Part shown: piece by piece, positions 34,995 through 43,465 of the stretch
Numbering within the stretch: position 1 is the stretch's first letter
Layout: every line of letters begins with the position of its first letter
Assembly: GCA_965215535.1 (NCBI GenBank)
Contig: OZ244063.1
Span: 2,440,649 to 2,504,648, forward strand
Direction of reading: 5' to 3'
DNA: 64,000 nt
Origin: Longimicrobiales bacterium
GTDB taxonomy: Bacteria > Gemmatimonadota > Gemmatimonadetes > Longimicrobiales > Gaopeijiaceae
Notes under the pieces: generated by a model
What the model was told of the DNA's origin: nothing
Databases searched by the model: none
What the model saw: only the letters and a program-made list of their open reading frames with translations
Made by a program: the position numbers and the translations under genes

Positions 34995-37571
34995 TTAAGC
35001 ACCTTCCCTAAACAGCATCCCATTCAGCCGCGCCTGCCACTCGTTTTCGTCCACGATCTCGAAGCGCATCACCTTGCTCTGCATCGCGGGCACGAGCTCG
35101 GCCCAATCGGCCTTGCGGGCGTGCTCGCCGCAGATGTCGAAGACGGATCGCTTGTATTCGGTGTCCTCTGAGTCCTTCAGGTGAACGCCCTTGGTTTCGA
35201 CCACGAAGACCCGATGGAAACCGTCGTCCGCCTCGTGCTCTCCATCCCGTAGAGTCACGATGAAGTCGGCGTAGATCCGGCGCGGCTTCCACCCCTGCAC
35301 GTAGTAGTCCTTGCGGGAGCGGTTGCGGTACCAGAAGAAGAGCCGCGCCTGCTGGTCCAAGTAGGTCGCGACCTTGTTCTCGAACTGGTTGAGATCGTCT
35401 TCCGTGGTGATGTCGAACAGGTTGCGCTGGTAGTCGCTACCGTCTTCCCGATTGGCCTGCTTCGCCTTCGGAACCTCAATCTTCTCGGGGAGGCGATTGA
35501 ACTTGAGATCGTCCGCGACGACCAGAAAACGCATTTTCCCAGACTCCAAGAGAGCGCGAAAGACCTCTCGCGACAAGCGGTCGCGTTCTCTTTCGATCCG
35601 TCGCCGCAACTCTTCGAGGACAAATACGTGATTGGCTGCCACCCGCTCCGCCGGATAACGTTTGAGGAGGGCCTCGAAGGTCCGCCGAGCCAGATCGCGC
35701 CCCTGCCACGGGTTGGGAACCAGGTCCAGCAGATGGCTGGCCGCGAAGAAGTAGTCCACCGGGTCGCCGTCGTTGCCCGAGGCATCGCTTGGAATCTCCG
35801 CTGCTCTCGGATCGCCAGGGCTCGCGGCCTCCGGCCTCGAAACAGCCGCGTCGCCAGCGACGTTGGTTACCAGTACGGTGTCTCCGTCACCCCTCTCGCC
35901 CAAAATCAGATCATCCAGGGCCGACAAATCGATGTCGTTCCATCGCACCCGTGAGAGGATATCCGCCTCGTAATGCACGAGACGCCACCCATCCAGATCC
36001 CGGATCATGAAGGCGGGCAAGACGAGATCCCGCGCCGCCTTGCGATACCGCGCCCGTTGCCGTGTTGTGAGCTTCTCCGGCGGTCGGAAGGGACCGTCGT
36101 CGGAGATTACTCGCCCCTCAAGGCCCTGCAACCCCTCCAGTCCGAACCCCCTCCTAACCTCCTGCAGCAACTCGTTCCCGCGACGACTGAAGCAGAACAC
36201 GTAGCTCTCGTCCAGCAGAGCCACCCCCGTTTTGCTCGCGTAGGGTTGCCGGAGGATCCGACCGACTAGCTGGGTGATCCCGGTCCTCGACATCGGGTTG
36301 GCGAGGATCGTCAGGATGTAGGCGAATGGGCAATCCCAGCCCTCTTGGAGCGCCTGCTTGGTGATGATGAAGCGGATCGGACAGTCGCGGGACAGCAGCC
36401 CGCCAACATCGTCCACCTCCTTCAGTTCGTCCTTTGAACTGGTCTTGACCGCGATGTGTTCCGGCGCGATTCCCGGGTGTTGGAGCAGGTACTCGCGCAC
36501 GTCGTCGGTGTGGACATACCCCGGTTTCCTCTGCTCCTTGCCGGTTCGCTCCACCTGGATCACGCAGATGGGCCGAATGTAGGTGCCGGACTCGGCTTCG
36601 TGAAGTCGCGCCTCGACCTCAAGCGCTTCACGGTGTTCGATCGACTCCAGTAGCGTGCCGCGCCAGTCGCCGCCCGCCTTGTTCAAAATGTGAAGGTCGA
36701 GCTTGATCATCTCCTCGACGTTGAGTTCCTGGCCCAGAACCTCCACGAGCACGTTCGCGCCCTGAGCTGGGGTGGCCGAAAGCTCGACGATCATGCAGGG
36801 GTTGAATCCCTCTAGCGTCTCCTTCGCGTTGGCGCTGTACGCCTTGTGTCCCTCGTCGAGAATGATGAGTGGCTGCAACCGCCGCACCGTGTTCCCAAGG
36901 GATGTCTTGATGTAGCGGCCCCAGAAGCCCGCCGTTTGCTCGAAGGTGTCGAGGTTCGGGATCTCCGCCAGCATCTTGGCGTGCGCGGTCGGATCGTCGT
37001 CCGGGGGGAAGAACCGATCGAAGCCTCCGCTGTCGCGGAACAACCGGAGCGTGTCTTTCGTCTTCCGGTTGGCGGACGGGAGCATGAGCAGAAGAACGCA
37101 GAGGTTCTCGGCGACATCGCGCGGGCCAAACGCCGTGGTCTTCTCGAAGATGCGCGTGCGCTGGCCGGACGACAGGTCGAGTTGCTGGCGGTAGGGGTGG
37201 TCGCGGTCCTTGAGCGCCTTGAGCATCTGGTTGTAAATCTGCGTCGTGGGCACGATCCAAAGCACCAGCCCACGCCGACTCTGCCGGAAGTGGGCGTTCA
37301 CGAGATCGATCACCCTGGTTGCGAGCAGCGTCTTGCCGCCCCCGGTCGGAATCTTGAGGCAGAAGGCCGGAAGGTGCTCACCCAGCCCGTTCCGGCGGGG
37401 GTTGTAGCGTCGTCCGACCGCAGTGCGATCCCACGCTCGCTGCACCCAATCCGAACCCCAGTTCGGGTTGTGTTTCCGCGCCTCTGCGTCCTCGGCCCGC
37501 CACTTCGCCAACTCCGCAACGAAGCCGCGGACCGTCGCAACCGTACGCTTCTGGTATTCCTTTAGGATCAT
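34995..37571 (-). CDS. res: Type III restriction enzyme Res subunit (SF2 helicase plus C-terminal PD-(D/E)xK nuclease)
   Basis: The helicase motifs are IPTGGGKT (motif I) and ILDEGHK (motif II). The C-terminal nuclease-like segment is YADFIV...VFVVETKG. Its ATG overlaps the mod stop (ATGA, 37568-37571). Confidence 0.85.
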   Translation of the reverse strand: MILKEYQKRTVATVRGFVAELAKWRAEDAEARKHNPNWGSDWVQRAWDRTAVGRRYNPRRNGLGEHLPAFCLKIPTGGGKTLLATRVIDLVNAHFRQSRRGLVLWIVPTTQIYNQMLKALKDRDHPYRQQLDLSSGQRTRIFEKTTAFGPRDVAENLCVLLLMLPSANRKTKDTLRLFRDSGGFDRFFPPDDDPTAHAKMLAEIPNLDTFEQTAGFWGRYIKTSLGNTVRRLQPLIILDEGHKAYSANAKETLEGFNPCMIVELSATPAQGANVLVEVLGQELNVEEMIKLDLHILNKAGGDWRGTLLESIEHREALEVEARLHEAESGTYIRPICVIQVERTGKEQRKPGYVHTDDVREYLLQHPGIAPEHIAVKTSSKDELKEVDDVGGLLSRDCPIRFIITKQALQEGWDCPFAYILTILANPMSRTGITQLVGRILRQPYASKTGVALLDESYVFCFSRRGNELLQEVRRGFGLEGLQGLEGRVISDDGPFRPPEKLTTRQRARYRKAARDLVLPAFMIRDLDGWRLVHYEADILSRVRWNDIDLSALDDLILGERGDGDTVLVTNVAGDAAVSRPEAASPGDPRAAEIPSDASGNDGDPVDYFFAASHLLDLVPNPWQGRDLARRTFEALLKRYPAERVAANHVFVLEELRRRIERERDRLSREVFRALLESGKMRFLVVADDLKFNRLPEKIEVPKAKQANREDGSDYQRNLFDITTEDDLNQFENKVATYLDQQARLFFWYRNRSRKDYYVQGWKPRRIYADFIVTLRDGEHEADDGFHRVFVVETKGVHLKDSEDTEYKRSVFDICGEHARKADWAELVPAMQSKVMRFEIVDENEWQARLNGMLFREGA

Positions 37572-39205
37572 CGTTCCAGCCTGTCGATCGCTTCGTAGAT
37601 CTGGAAGGGCAACTGTTGGAAATCGATCCGGTACTGGTGAAGGAAATCGCGATCCAGGTATTTGGTGGGCGCGAAGACGAGCCTCCTTCGCGATCCCCCT
37701 TTCGGCAGAGAGCGCGCCTCGGCCAGCGAGAACGCGAGATTCTTGAGCGTCTCGACATCCGGCTGGTAGAACAGGAAGACATCGTGGGACGCGGTGCGCC
37801 CGACGAACCCGGTGTCCGGGTTGGTCTCGGCGGGGTCGAACTCCTGCCCGGTCGCGGTGAAGAAGATGTATCCCGCGAGCTTCTCCCAAGAAGGCAGGTG
37901 GGAGCCGTCGAGGAGCGACTCCTGTTGCATGGGACGGCCCAGTTCGAAGTAACTGAACGTGCCCCCGAGGCCAGCCTTGAGGGCGTCATCCTTTGCGCCC
38001 GGAACCCCTTGAATGACCCGCCGGATGCGCTCGGCAGTGATGGTATCGGCGTAGTCCTCACACTCGACGAGGATGAAGCGTCGGTTGCCACCGTCCTCCT
38101 GATTCTGCGCGAGGACGGCGTGGGCCGTCGTGCCGGAGCCCGCGAAGGAATCGAGGACAATGGAGTCGGGGTCGGTTGCGATCTGGAGTATGCGACGGAC
38201 GAGGCGTGAGGGCTTCGGGGTGTCGAATGGCGCCCTGCCATCGTGCAAAACCTTCAATTCGAGCGTTGCCTCCTTGTTGTGGCCCGCAAACGAATAATCC
38301 CACCAAGTGTTCGGCGTGAGTCCTTCTTGGGCCTCGGACAGGAATCGTTTCAGCATTGGACGGCCCCTACCGCTCTTGCCGAAGGTGATCCGCCCATCCG
38401 CCAACCACTTTCGGTATTGGTCTTCGTTCATCCGCCAGTACCTGTTGGGAGGAGGCTTGAATTTCTGGCCATGTGGGCCGGTGATCACGAAGAGGCCTGC
38501 CTTGTACGGTTTGCTCGCCGAAAGATCCTGCGCTCGCCATCTGCCTCGCGGATCGTCGTCTGGATTCCGGTAGGGGGCTTCCTGCTCGGTGCTACGGGGA
38601 ATTTTGTGTACCTTGAAGTTCCTGACATCGCGGGCGTAGCAGATGATGTGGTCGTGCATGTCAGAAATGAACCCGGAGGTCACGTTCGAGACGTATCGCT
38701 TCTGCCAGACGACATTCGCCAGAAAGTTCTCCTCCCCGAACACCTCGTCCATCAGAGACCGCAGATGGTGCACCTCGTTGTCGTCGATGGACACGAAGAT
38801 CGCCCCGTCCTCTCGGAGCAGTTCGCGCAGAAGCTTCAGGCGCGGAAGCATCATGCAGCACCACTTGTCGTGGCGGGTCAGGTCGTCCCGGTCTACCACG
38901 CGCCCCAGCCAGTCCCGCATGAGGGGCGAGTTCACGTTGTCGTTGTAGGCCCAGCCTTCGTTGCCCGTGTTGTAGGGCGGGTCGATGTAGACGCACTTCA
39001 CCTTGCCGTAGTAGGTCGGCAGCAGGGCCTTCAGCGCGGCCAGGTTGTCGCCGTGGACGATCAGGTTGTCGCGCAGGCTCGCCTTCTCGCTCAGTCCTTT
39101 GTCACGGATCGGCAGCAGTTCGTGGAAGGGAACGGCGAGGTGGTGGTTCTCGACGAAGACCTTTCCCTTGAAATGGAGCCGTGGCAAGGAGCCCTCCTGT
39201 GGCAC
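37568..39205 (-). CDS. mod: Type III R-M Mod subunit (beta-class N6-adenine/N4-cytosine DNA methyltransferase)
   Basis: DPPYNTG (motif IV) precedes DSFAGSGTT (motif I). The size is 545 aa, and the gene sits directly upstream of res and is coupled to it. Confidence 0.9.
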   Translation of the reverse strand: MPQEGSLPRLHFKGKVFVENHHLAVPFHELLPIRDKGLSEKASLRDNLIVHGDNLAALKALLPTYYGKVKCVYIDPPYNTGNEGWAYNDNVNSPLMRDWLGRVVDRDDLTRHDKWCCMMLPRLKLLRELLREDGAIFVSIDDNEVHHLRSLMDEVFGEENFLANVVWQKRYVSNVTSGFISDMHDHIICYARDVRNFKVHKIPRSTEQEAPYRNPDDDPRGRWRAQDLSASKPYKAGLFVITGPHGQKFKPPPNRYWRMNEDQYRKWLADGRITFGKSGRGRPMLKRFLSEAQEGLTPNTWWDYSFAGHNKEATLELKVLHDGRAPFDTPKPSRLVRRILQIATDPDSIVLDSFAGSGTTAHAVLAQNQEDGGNRRFILVECEDYADTITAERIRRVIQGVPGAKDDALKAGLGGTFSYFELGRPMQQESLLDGSHLPSWEKLAGYIFFTATGQEFDPAETNPDTGFVGRTASHDVFLFYQPDVETLKNLAFSLAEARSLPKGGSRRRLVFAPTKYLDRDFLHQYRIDFQQLPFQIYEAIDRLER

Positions 39206-39455
39206 GTCTTGGATGTCCTGAGCGCGCCGCCCGCTGGAACCGGACGGATTTTCTTCCCTCCCAAGCTAACTCCTATGCCACGGTCGAGCAGGCCATCAGG
39301 GCATCTTGCGCGGCTACGAGTGGGGCGACGAAGGCCGCTGGCGGAGGGATATCCGGGTCCAGAATCCATATCGGAACGATTGGAAAATCATTTGAGTTTA
39401 TGCCGTTGACACGCCCCAATCGAGCCTCTCCCGCGCTTGGTGGTCACAGCGGCTC

Positions 39456-40733
39456 TTGCCGGATCCACTGGGGTGGTTCATCCCACGCGTGAGCAAGTGG
39501 AGACAGTCGCCGATGCGTGCGGCGAGCCGACCCGATTTCGGGGGGAACCCATCGGCATCCATGTGCGCAGACACGAGCTCTGGACGTGTACGCCCAATGA
39601 CGGCGCAGGCCGCTGGCGCGCCTGCCGTTACGCCACGACGGAACCTGCGGCCGTGGCCGGAGCGACTCTCCTCCTGGGACGCTTGGTGTGCCACGGGGAA
39701 GGGTTGGGATGTGCAAGTCATCCCAGGGAGGATCGGCCCGAGCGGACGGCCCGTGGCGAACCGAACAATCGAGTACGACCTGAAGTTCCTGGTCGCGGTG
39801 TTGAACTGGGCGGCGAAGTCGCGCGATGAAGGGGGTCGGTTGTTGCTCGACCGGAATCCGCTCAGAGAGCTCAAGACGCCGAGCGAGAAGAATCCGGTCC
39901 GGGTGGTGCTCGCCGAAGAGGAATACCGAGCGCTCTTGGAGGTGTCGCGCCGGGTGGACTGGCGATTCCAGGTCGCGCTTGTGCTCGCGCACGAGACGGG
40001 TCATCGGATCGGCGCCATCCGCCAGCTTCGGTGGTCGGACATCGACTTCGAGGGCGGAACCATCGTTTGGCGAGCCGAGCACGACAAGTCCGGCTACGAG
40101 CACATCACGCCGGCTACCGCCGAGGCGCTCGCCGCTCTGGAGGAGGCGCGAATGCGAAGCTCCGGTGTCGGAAATGTGCCACTGCTCCCGGCGCCCCGGA
40201 GTCCGTCGGCTTGCATGGGAGCCGCATTGGCGCAAAGATTGTGGGACAGAGCCGAACGGCTTGCGGGACTGGAGCCGAAGCGCGGCAGGGGCTGGCACTC
40301 GCTCAGGCGGAAGTTCGCCAGCGATCTGATGGATCAACCGCTGAAGGTGCTCTGCCAACTCGGCGGCTGGAAAACGGCGGCCAGAGCGCCGAAAGAGACG
40401 CCAGCGCCTTTTCAAGTGCGGAGCCCGGAGATCGAATCTGGTCTGGATCGGACACATGTAGATGCTCTGCAGATTCGCAGGAGCCGATCCGAGCGAGCGA
40501 GGCGGGACAGGGCCCGGGCCACTGCGGCGCAGTCGTCGAGGTGCAGCAAATCGTTCGCCCGTATCGGGGTGGCCTCCGGCGTGGTCTCGGCGTACTCAAA
40601 AGATCCGCTTGGGTCGACTGTTCATCGCGTCACCTTGACCTCATGGACCTGCGCCCAAGGGTCTGAACCTGACTCAATCCAATCGGCGGGAATCAAAGCG
40701 CGGGAATTCGAAGCGCCGAATCGCATAAGCTGA
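39456..40733 (+). mobile_element. Tyrosine recombinase (phage-type integrase), probably inactivated
   Basis: Box I (ETGHRIGAIRQLRWSDIDF) and box II (GWHSLRRKFASDL ... LGGWKT) are present. No Tyr follows box II; a Phe (TPAPFQVRSPE) sits where I would expect the nucleophile. The C-terminal tail is abnormally long and Arg/Ser-rich, and the N-terminal region looks atypical or truncated. Confidence 0.6.
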
Positions 40734-40879
40734 ACGATCGCAACGGCATGTGCATCCAAAAGCTTCCGCCGCCGCCGCCAATCCGATATAATTCCGGCAG
40801 ATTTGGCGAATTTCCCGCGCCTCCGCTCCGGGTGCGGCGCGCGACGGCATGAATTGAACCGTTCAGAGGCCACCCATCC

Positions 40880-41926
40880 ATGATCGATCTGCGTTCCGAT
40901 ACCGTCACCCGTCCGACCCCTGCAATGCGCGAGGCAATGGCCCGCGCAGAGGTGGGCGACGACGTCTATGGCGACGACCCCACGATCAGGAAGCTGGAGG
41001 CGCGCGCGGCCGAGCTTCTGGGCAAGGAAGACGCGGTGTATATGCCCACCGGCACCATGACCAACCAGGTGGCGATCCGGGCGCACACCGAGCCGGGCGA
41101 TTGCGTCGTCATGGATATCGGTTCGCATGTCGTGCGCTCCGAGGGCGGCGGACCGGCTGCGCTCTCGGGCGTCACCGTCCATCCGCTGGCGGGCGAACGC
41201 GGCATCTTTACCACCGCCCAACTGCAGGACGCGCTGGGCGTTGCGCATCCGGGGTCGCCCACCACCCTGGCCCCGCCTCCCCGTCTGCTCTGCCTCGAGA
41301 ATACGCACAATGGCGGCGGCGGCAGCATCTGGCCGCTGGAACAGCTCGACGCAGTGGCGGCCATGGCTCGCGCTGCCGGCCTGCGCTGCCACCTCGATGG
41401 CGCCCGCATCTGGAACGCCGCCGCCGCCACCGGAATCCCGCCCGCCCGCTACGCCCGCGCCTTCGACAGCGTCTCGGTCTGCTTTTCCAAGGGCCTGGGC
41501 GCTCCGGTGGGATCGGCGCTGGCGGGTTCGCGCAGCTTTACGGCCCGGGCGCGGCGCTTCAAGCAGCTCTTCGGAGGCGGCTTCCGCCAGGGCGGCGTGA
41601 TCGCGGCGGGGGCGCTCTTCGCTCTTGAACATCACCGGGCCGCGCTCGCCCACGACCACGAAAAGGCAGCCTGCCTGGCCGATCTCCTGGTCCGCATTCC
41701 CGCGGTGGCGCTGGTGCGCGAGCATGTCGAGACCAATATCCTGCGCTTCGACGTCGATATCGCCGGGGGCGCGCCGCGCTTTGTGGATGCGTGCCGCGAG
41801 GGGGGCGTCGCCATCCTGGTGGCCGGCGCCAGAAGCGTGCGGGCGGTGACGCACCGCGACCTCTCGATGGACGATATTCACCGTGCCGGCGAGGTCATGC
41901 GCGCAGCTCTCGCCGTCGTTGCCTGA
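40880..41926 (+). CDS. ltaE: Low-specificity L-threonine aldolase
   Basis: The canonical LtaE N-terminus is MIDLRSDTVTRPTPAMREAM...GDDVYGDDPT...YMPTGTMTNQ. The Lys motif is present in CFSKGLGAPVGS. Confidence 0.9.
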   Translation: MIDLRSDTVTRPTPAMREAMARAEVGDDVYGDDPTIRKLEARAAELLGKEDAVYMPTGTMTNQVAIRAHTEPGDCVVMDIGSHVVRSEGGGPAALSGVTVHPLAGERGIFTTAQLQDALGVAHPGSPTTLAPPPRLLCLENTHNGGGGSIWPLEQLDAVAAMARAAGLRCHLDGARIWNAAAATGIPPARYARAFDSVSVCFSKGLGAPVGSALAGSRSFTARARRFKQLFGGGFRQGGVIAAGALFALEHHRAALAHDHEKAACLADLLVRIPAVALVREHVETNILRFDVDIAGGAPRFVDACREGGVAILVAGARSVRAVTHRDLSMDDIHRAGEVMRAALAVVA

Positions 41927-42099
41927 GGCCGCAGGCGCATCCTGCCTGCAGGCGCGCCCTGCCCGTTTGCCACAATCCACATCTGAGCCGGCGCTCAATG
42001 GGCGTGGTGGCCGCGAGGCGATCGGCGCGCTTGTTCCCATCTGAACTTCGCTGTTGGTGTTGTTGTATCGCCGACGTTGTGTTTTCTGACGAATTTGAT

Positions 42100-42116
42100 A
42101 ATCACAATTTGTGATT
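42100..42116. promoter_or_regulatory. Perfect 8-1-8 palindrome AATCACAA-T-TTGTGATT upstream of the feo locus (candidate metal-regulator operator)
   Basis: Read directly from the sequence. It sits in an unusually AT-rich spacer about 240 nt upstream of the DtxR-FeoA gene. Confidence 0.4.
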
Positions 42117-42154
42117 TACATCAATTTGTTGTTGTCGGACGCGGTGGGCGCCGG

Positions 42155-42174
42155 ATTGTGTTGTTGATCACAAT
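42155..42174. promoter_or_regulatory. Second, imperfect inverted repeat sharing the half-site (ATTGTG-N8-CACAAT)
   Basis: It uses the same TCACAAT/ATTGTGA half-site as the 42100 palindrome, but with different spacing. Confidence 0.2.
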
Positions 42175-42358
42175 ATGCACATCGCAATCAAGATGGGATT
42201 TGCCCGTGGGTTCGCCGGGCCATGCAAGGGGCCGACCCCCGAAAGCCGTCGCCAACCGCCGATCATTCTGCCAATCCCCCTCCGCCCCTTGCAAAAATAT
42301 TTAGTCTCGCCTAAACTTCCTTTCACCTCCTTCCCCCTCTCCCGCATCCCCTCCGCAC

Positions 42359-43465
42359 ATGCCCGATCCCGCCCTCGCCCTCCTCCTCTTTCTGGCGCTT
42401 GCCGCCCTGTCCGCCCTCGTCCTCTGGCCCGGCCGCGGCATCGGCGCGCGACTCCGCCGCATTGCCCGGCTCACCGAACGGGTGCGCATGGAAGACGCCC
42501 TCAAGCAGATCTACAAGCTGGACTACGACCGGCGGCCCGCCACGGCCGAGAGTGTGGCCGGCGCCCTGCAGCTCTCCCGCGCGCAGGCGATCCGGCTCCT
42601 GCAGCGGCTCGAAGAGAGCGAGCTCGTCACCGCAGCCGACGACCGCTTCGCCCTCACCGACGCGGGCCGCACCCAGGCGCTGCACATCGTGCGCACGCAC
42701 CGCCTCTGGGAGCGCTTCCTCGCCGACCGCACCGGAACGCCGCCCGAGGAGTGGCACCGCAGCGCCGAAGCCCACGAGCACCGCCTCTCGGTGGCCCAGC
42801 GCGAGGATCTGGCAGCCTCCCTGGGGCACCCGGTTTACGACCCTCACGGCGACCCGATTCCAACCGCAGAGGGCGAGATGCCGTCGCGCTCGGGCATTCC
42901 GCTGACCGCACTGGCCCCGGGCGAACGCGGACGGGTCACGCACCTGGAGGACGAACCGCGCGAGATCTTTCGCGAACTGGTCGGTCTCGAGATCGAGCTC
43001 ATGACCCCCGTCGAGCGGCTCAGGGTCGAGCCGGAGGAGGGCGCATCGGGGCGTGTGGCCTTCCTCGCCGGATCCCGCCGTCACGAGGTGCCAAGCGCAG
43101 TCGCGCGCAACATTACGGTCGAGCCTCTGGAGCGGGTGGAGCCGGCGCCCGCAGCAACGGGATCGCGCACCCTGGCCGATCTCGAACCGGGTCAGAGCGG
43201 ACGGGTGGCCGGCATTGCGCCCCGGGTTCGCGGACCCGCCCGTCGCCGCCTCCTGGATCTGGGCGTGGTGCCGGGAACGGTTGTGCAGGCGCGCATGCGC
43301 AGCGCAGGGGGCGATCCGGTCGCCTACGACATTCGCGGGGCGCTGATTGCGCTCAGGCGTGCGCAGGCGGTGCAGATTCAACTGGCCGACGAGTCGCCGG
43401 CCGAGATCGAAGCCGCCACCACCGAGGCCGAGGCAGCCAGGGCAAAGGGGCAGAGAGCATCGTGA
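42359..43465 (+). CDS. Membrane-anchored DtxR-family metalloregulator fused to two FeoA/SH3-like domains
   Basis: The N-terminal hydrophobic helix is ALALLLFLALAALSALVLW. The DtxR core carries VRTHRLWERFL, AEAHEHRLS and HPVYDPHGDPIP. Two FeoA-like modules follow (LAPGERGRVTHLED... and LEPGQSGRVAGI...VVPGTVV). Confidence 0.75.
   Translation: MPDPALALLLFLALAALSALVLWPGRGIGARLRRIARLTERVRMEDALKQIYKLDYDRRPATAESVAGALQLSRAQAIRLLQRLEESELVTAADDRFALTDAGRTQALHIVRTHRLWERFLADRTGTPPEEWHRSAEAHEHRLSVAQREDLAASLGHPVYDPHGDPIPTAEGEMPSRSGIPLTALAPGERGRVTHLEDEPREIFRELVGLEIELMTPVERLRVEPEEGASGRVAFLAGSRRHEVPSAVARNITVEPLERVEPAPAATGSRTLADLEPGQSGRVAGIAPRVRGPARRRLLDLGVVPGTVVQARMRSAGGDPVAYDIRGALIALRRAQAVQIQLADESPAEIEAATTEAEAARAKGQRAS

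Larger units (their letters stand above)
32209..40860. mobile_element. Integrase-associated genomic (defence) island, boundaries approximate
   Basis: The island lies between the FkbM gene (ends 32208) and threonine aldolase (starts 40880). It contains an integrase, a Type III R-M pair, a TIR gene, TA remnants and a lower-GC patch at about 32.5-33.7 kb. I found no flanking direct repeats or tRNA by eye. Confidence 0.5.

Noticed and set aside
39206-40880. A search for a tRNA gene or att site next to the integrase (for example ggttcagaccc near 40650 on the minus strand).
   Set aside because: No acceptor or T-stem pairing and no cloverleaf could be built. I found no direct repeat matching the left island junction by eye, and a proper tRNAscan or repeat search is still needed.
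42091-42116. A classic Fur box upstream of feo.
   Set aside because: Only the GATAAT(C) portion matches the Fur consensus. The exact 8-1-8 palindrome with half-site AATCACAA is the better-supported feature, and the regulator identity is left open.
42175-43461. The 5' part of the 1208-aa track ORF that contains FeoB.
   Set aside because: The upstream roughly 430 codons are Arg/Pro-rich filler that overlaps the clearly coding DtxR-FeoA frame. FeoB more plausibly starts at the GTG at 43462, overlapping the upstream stop.
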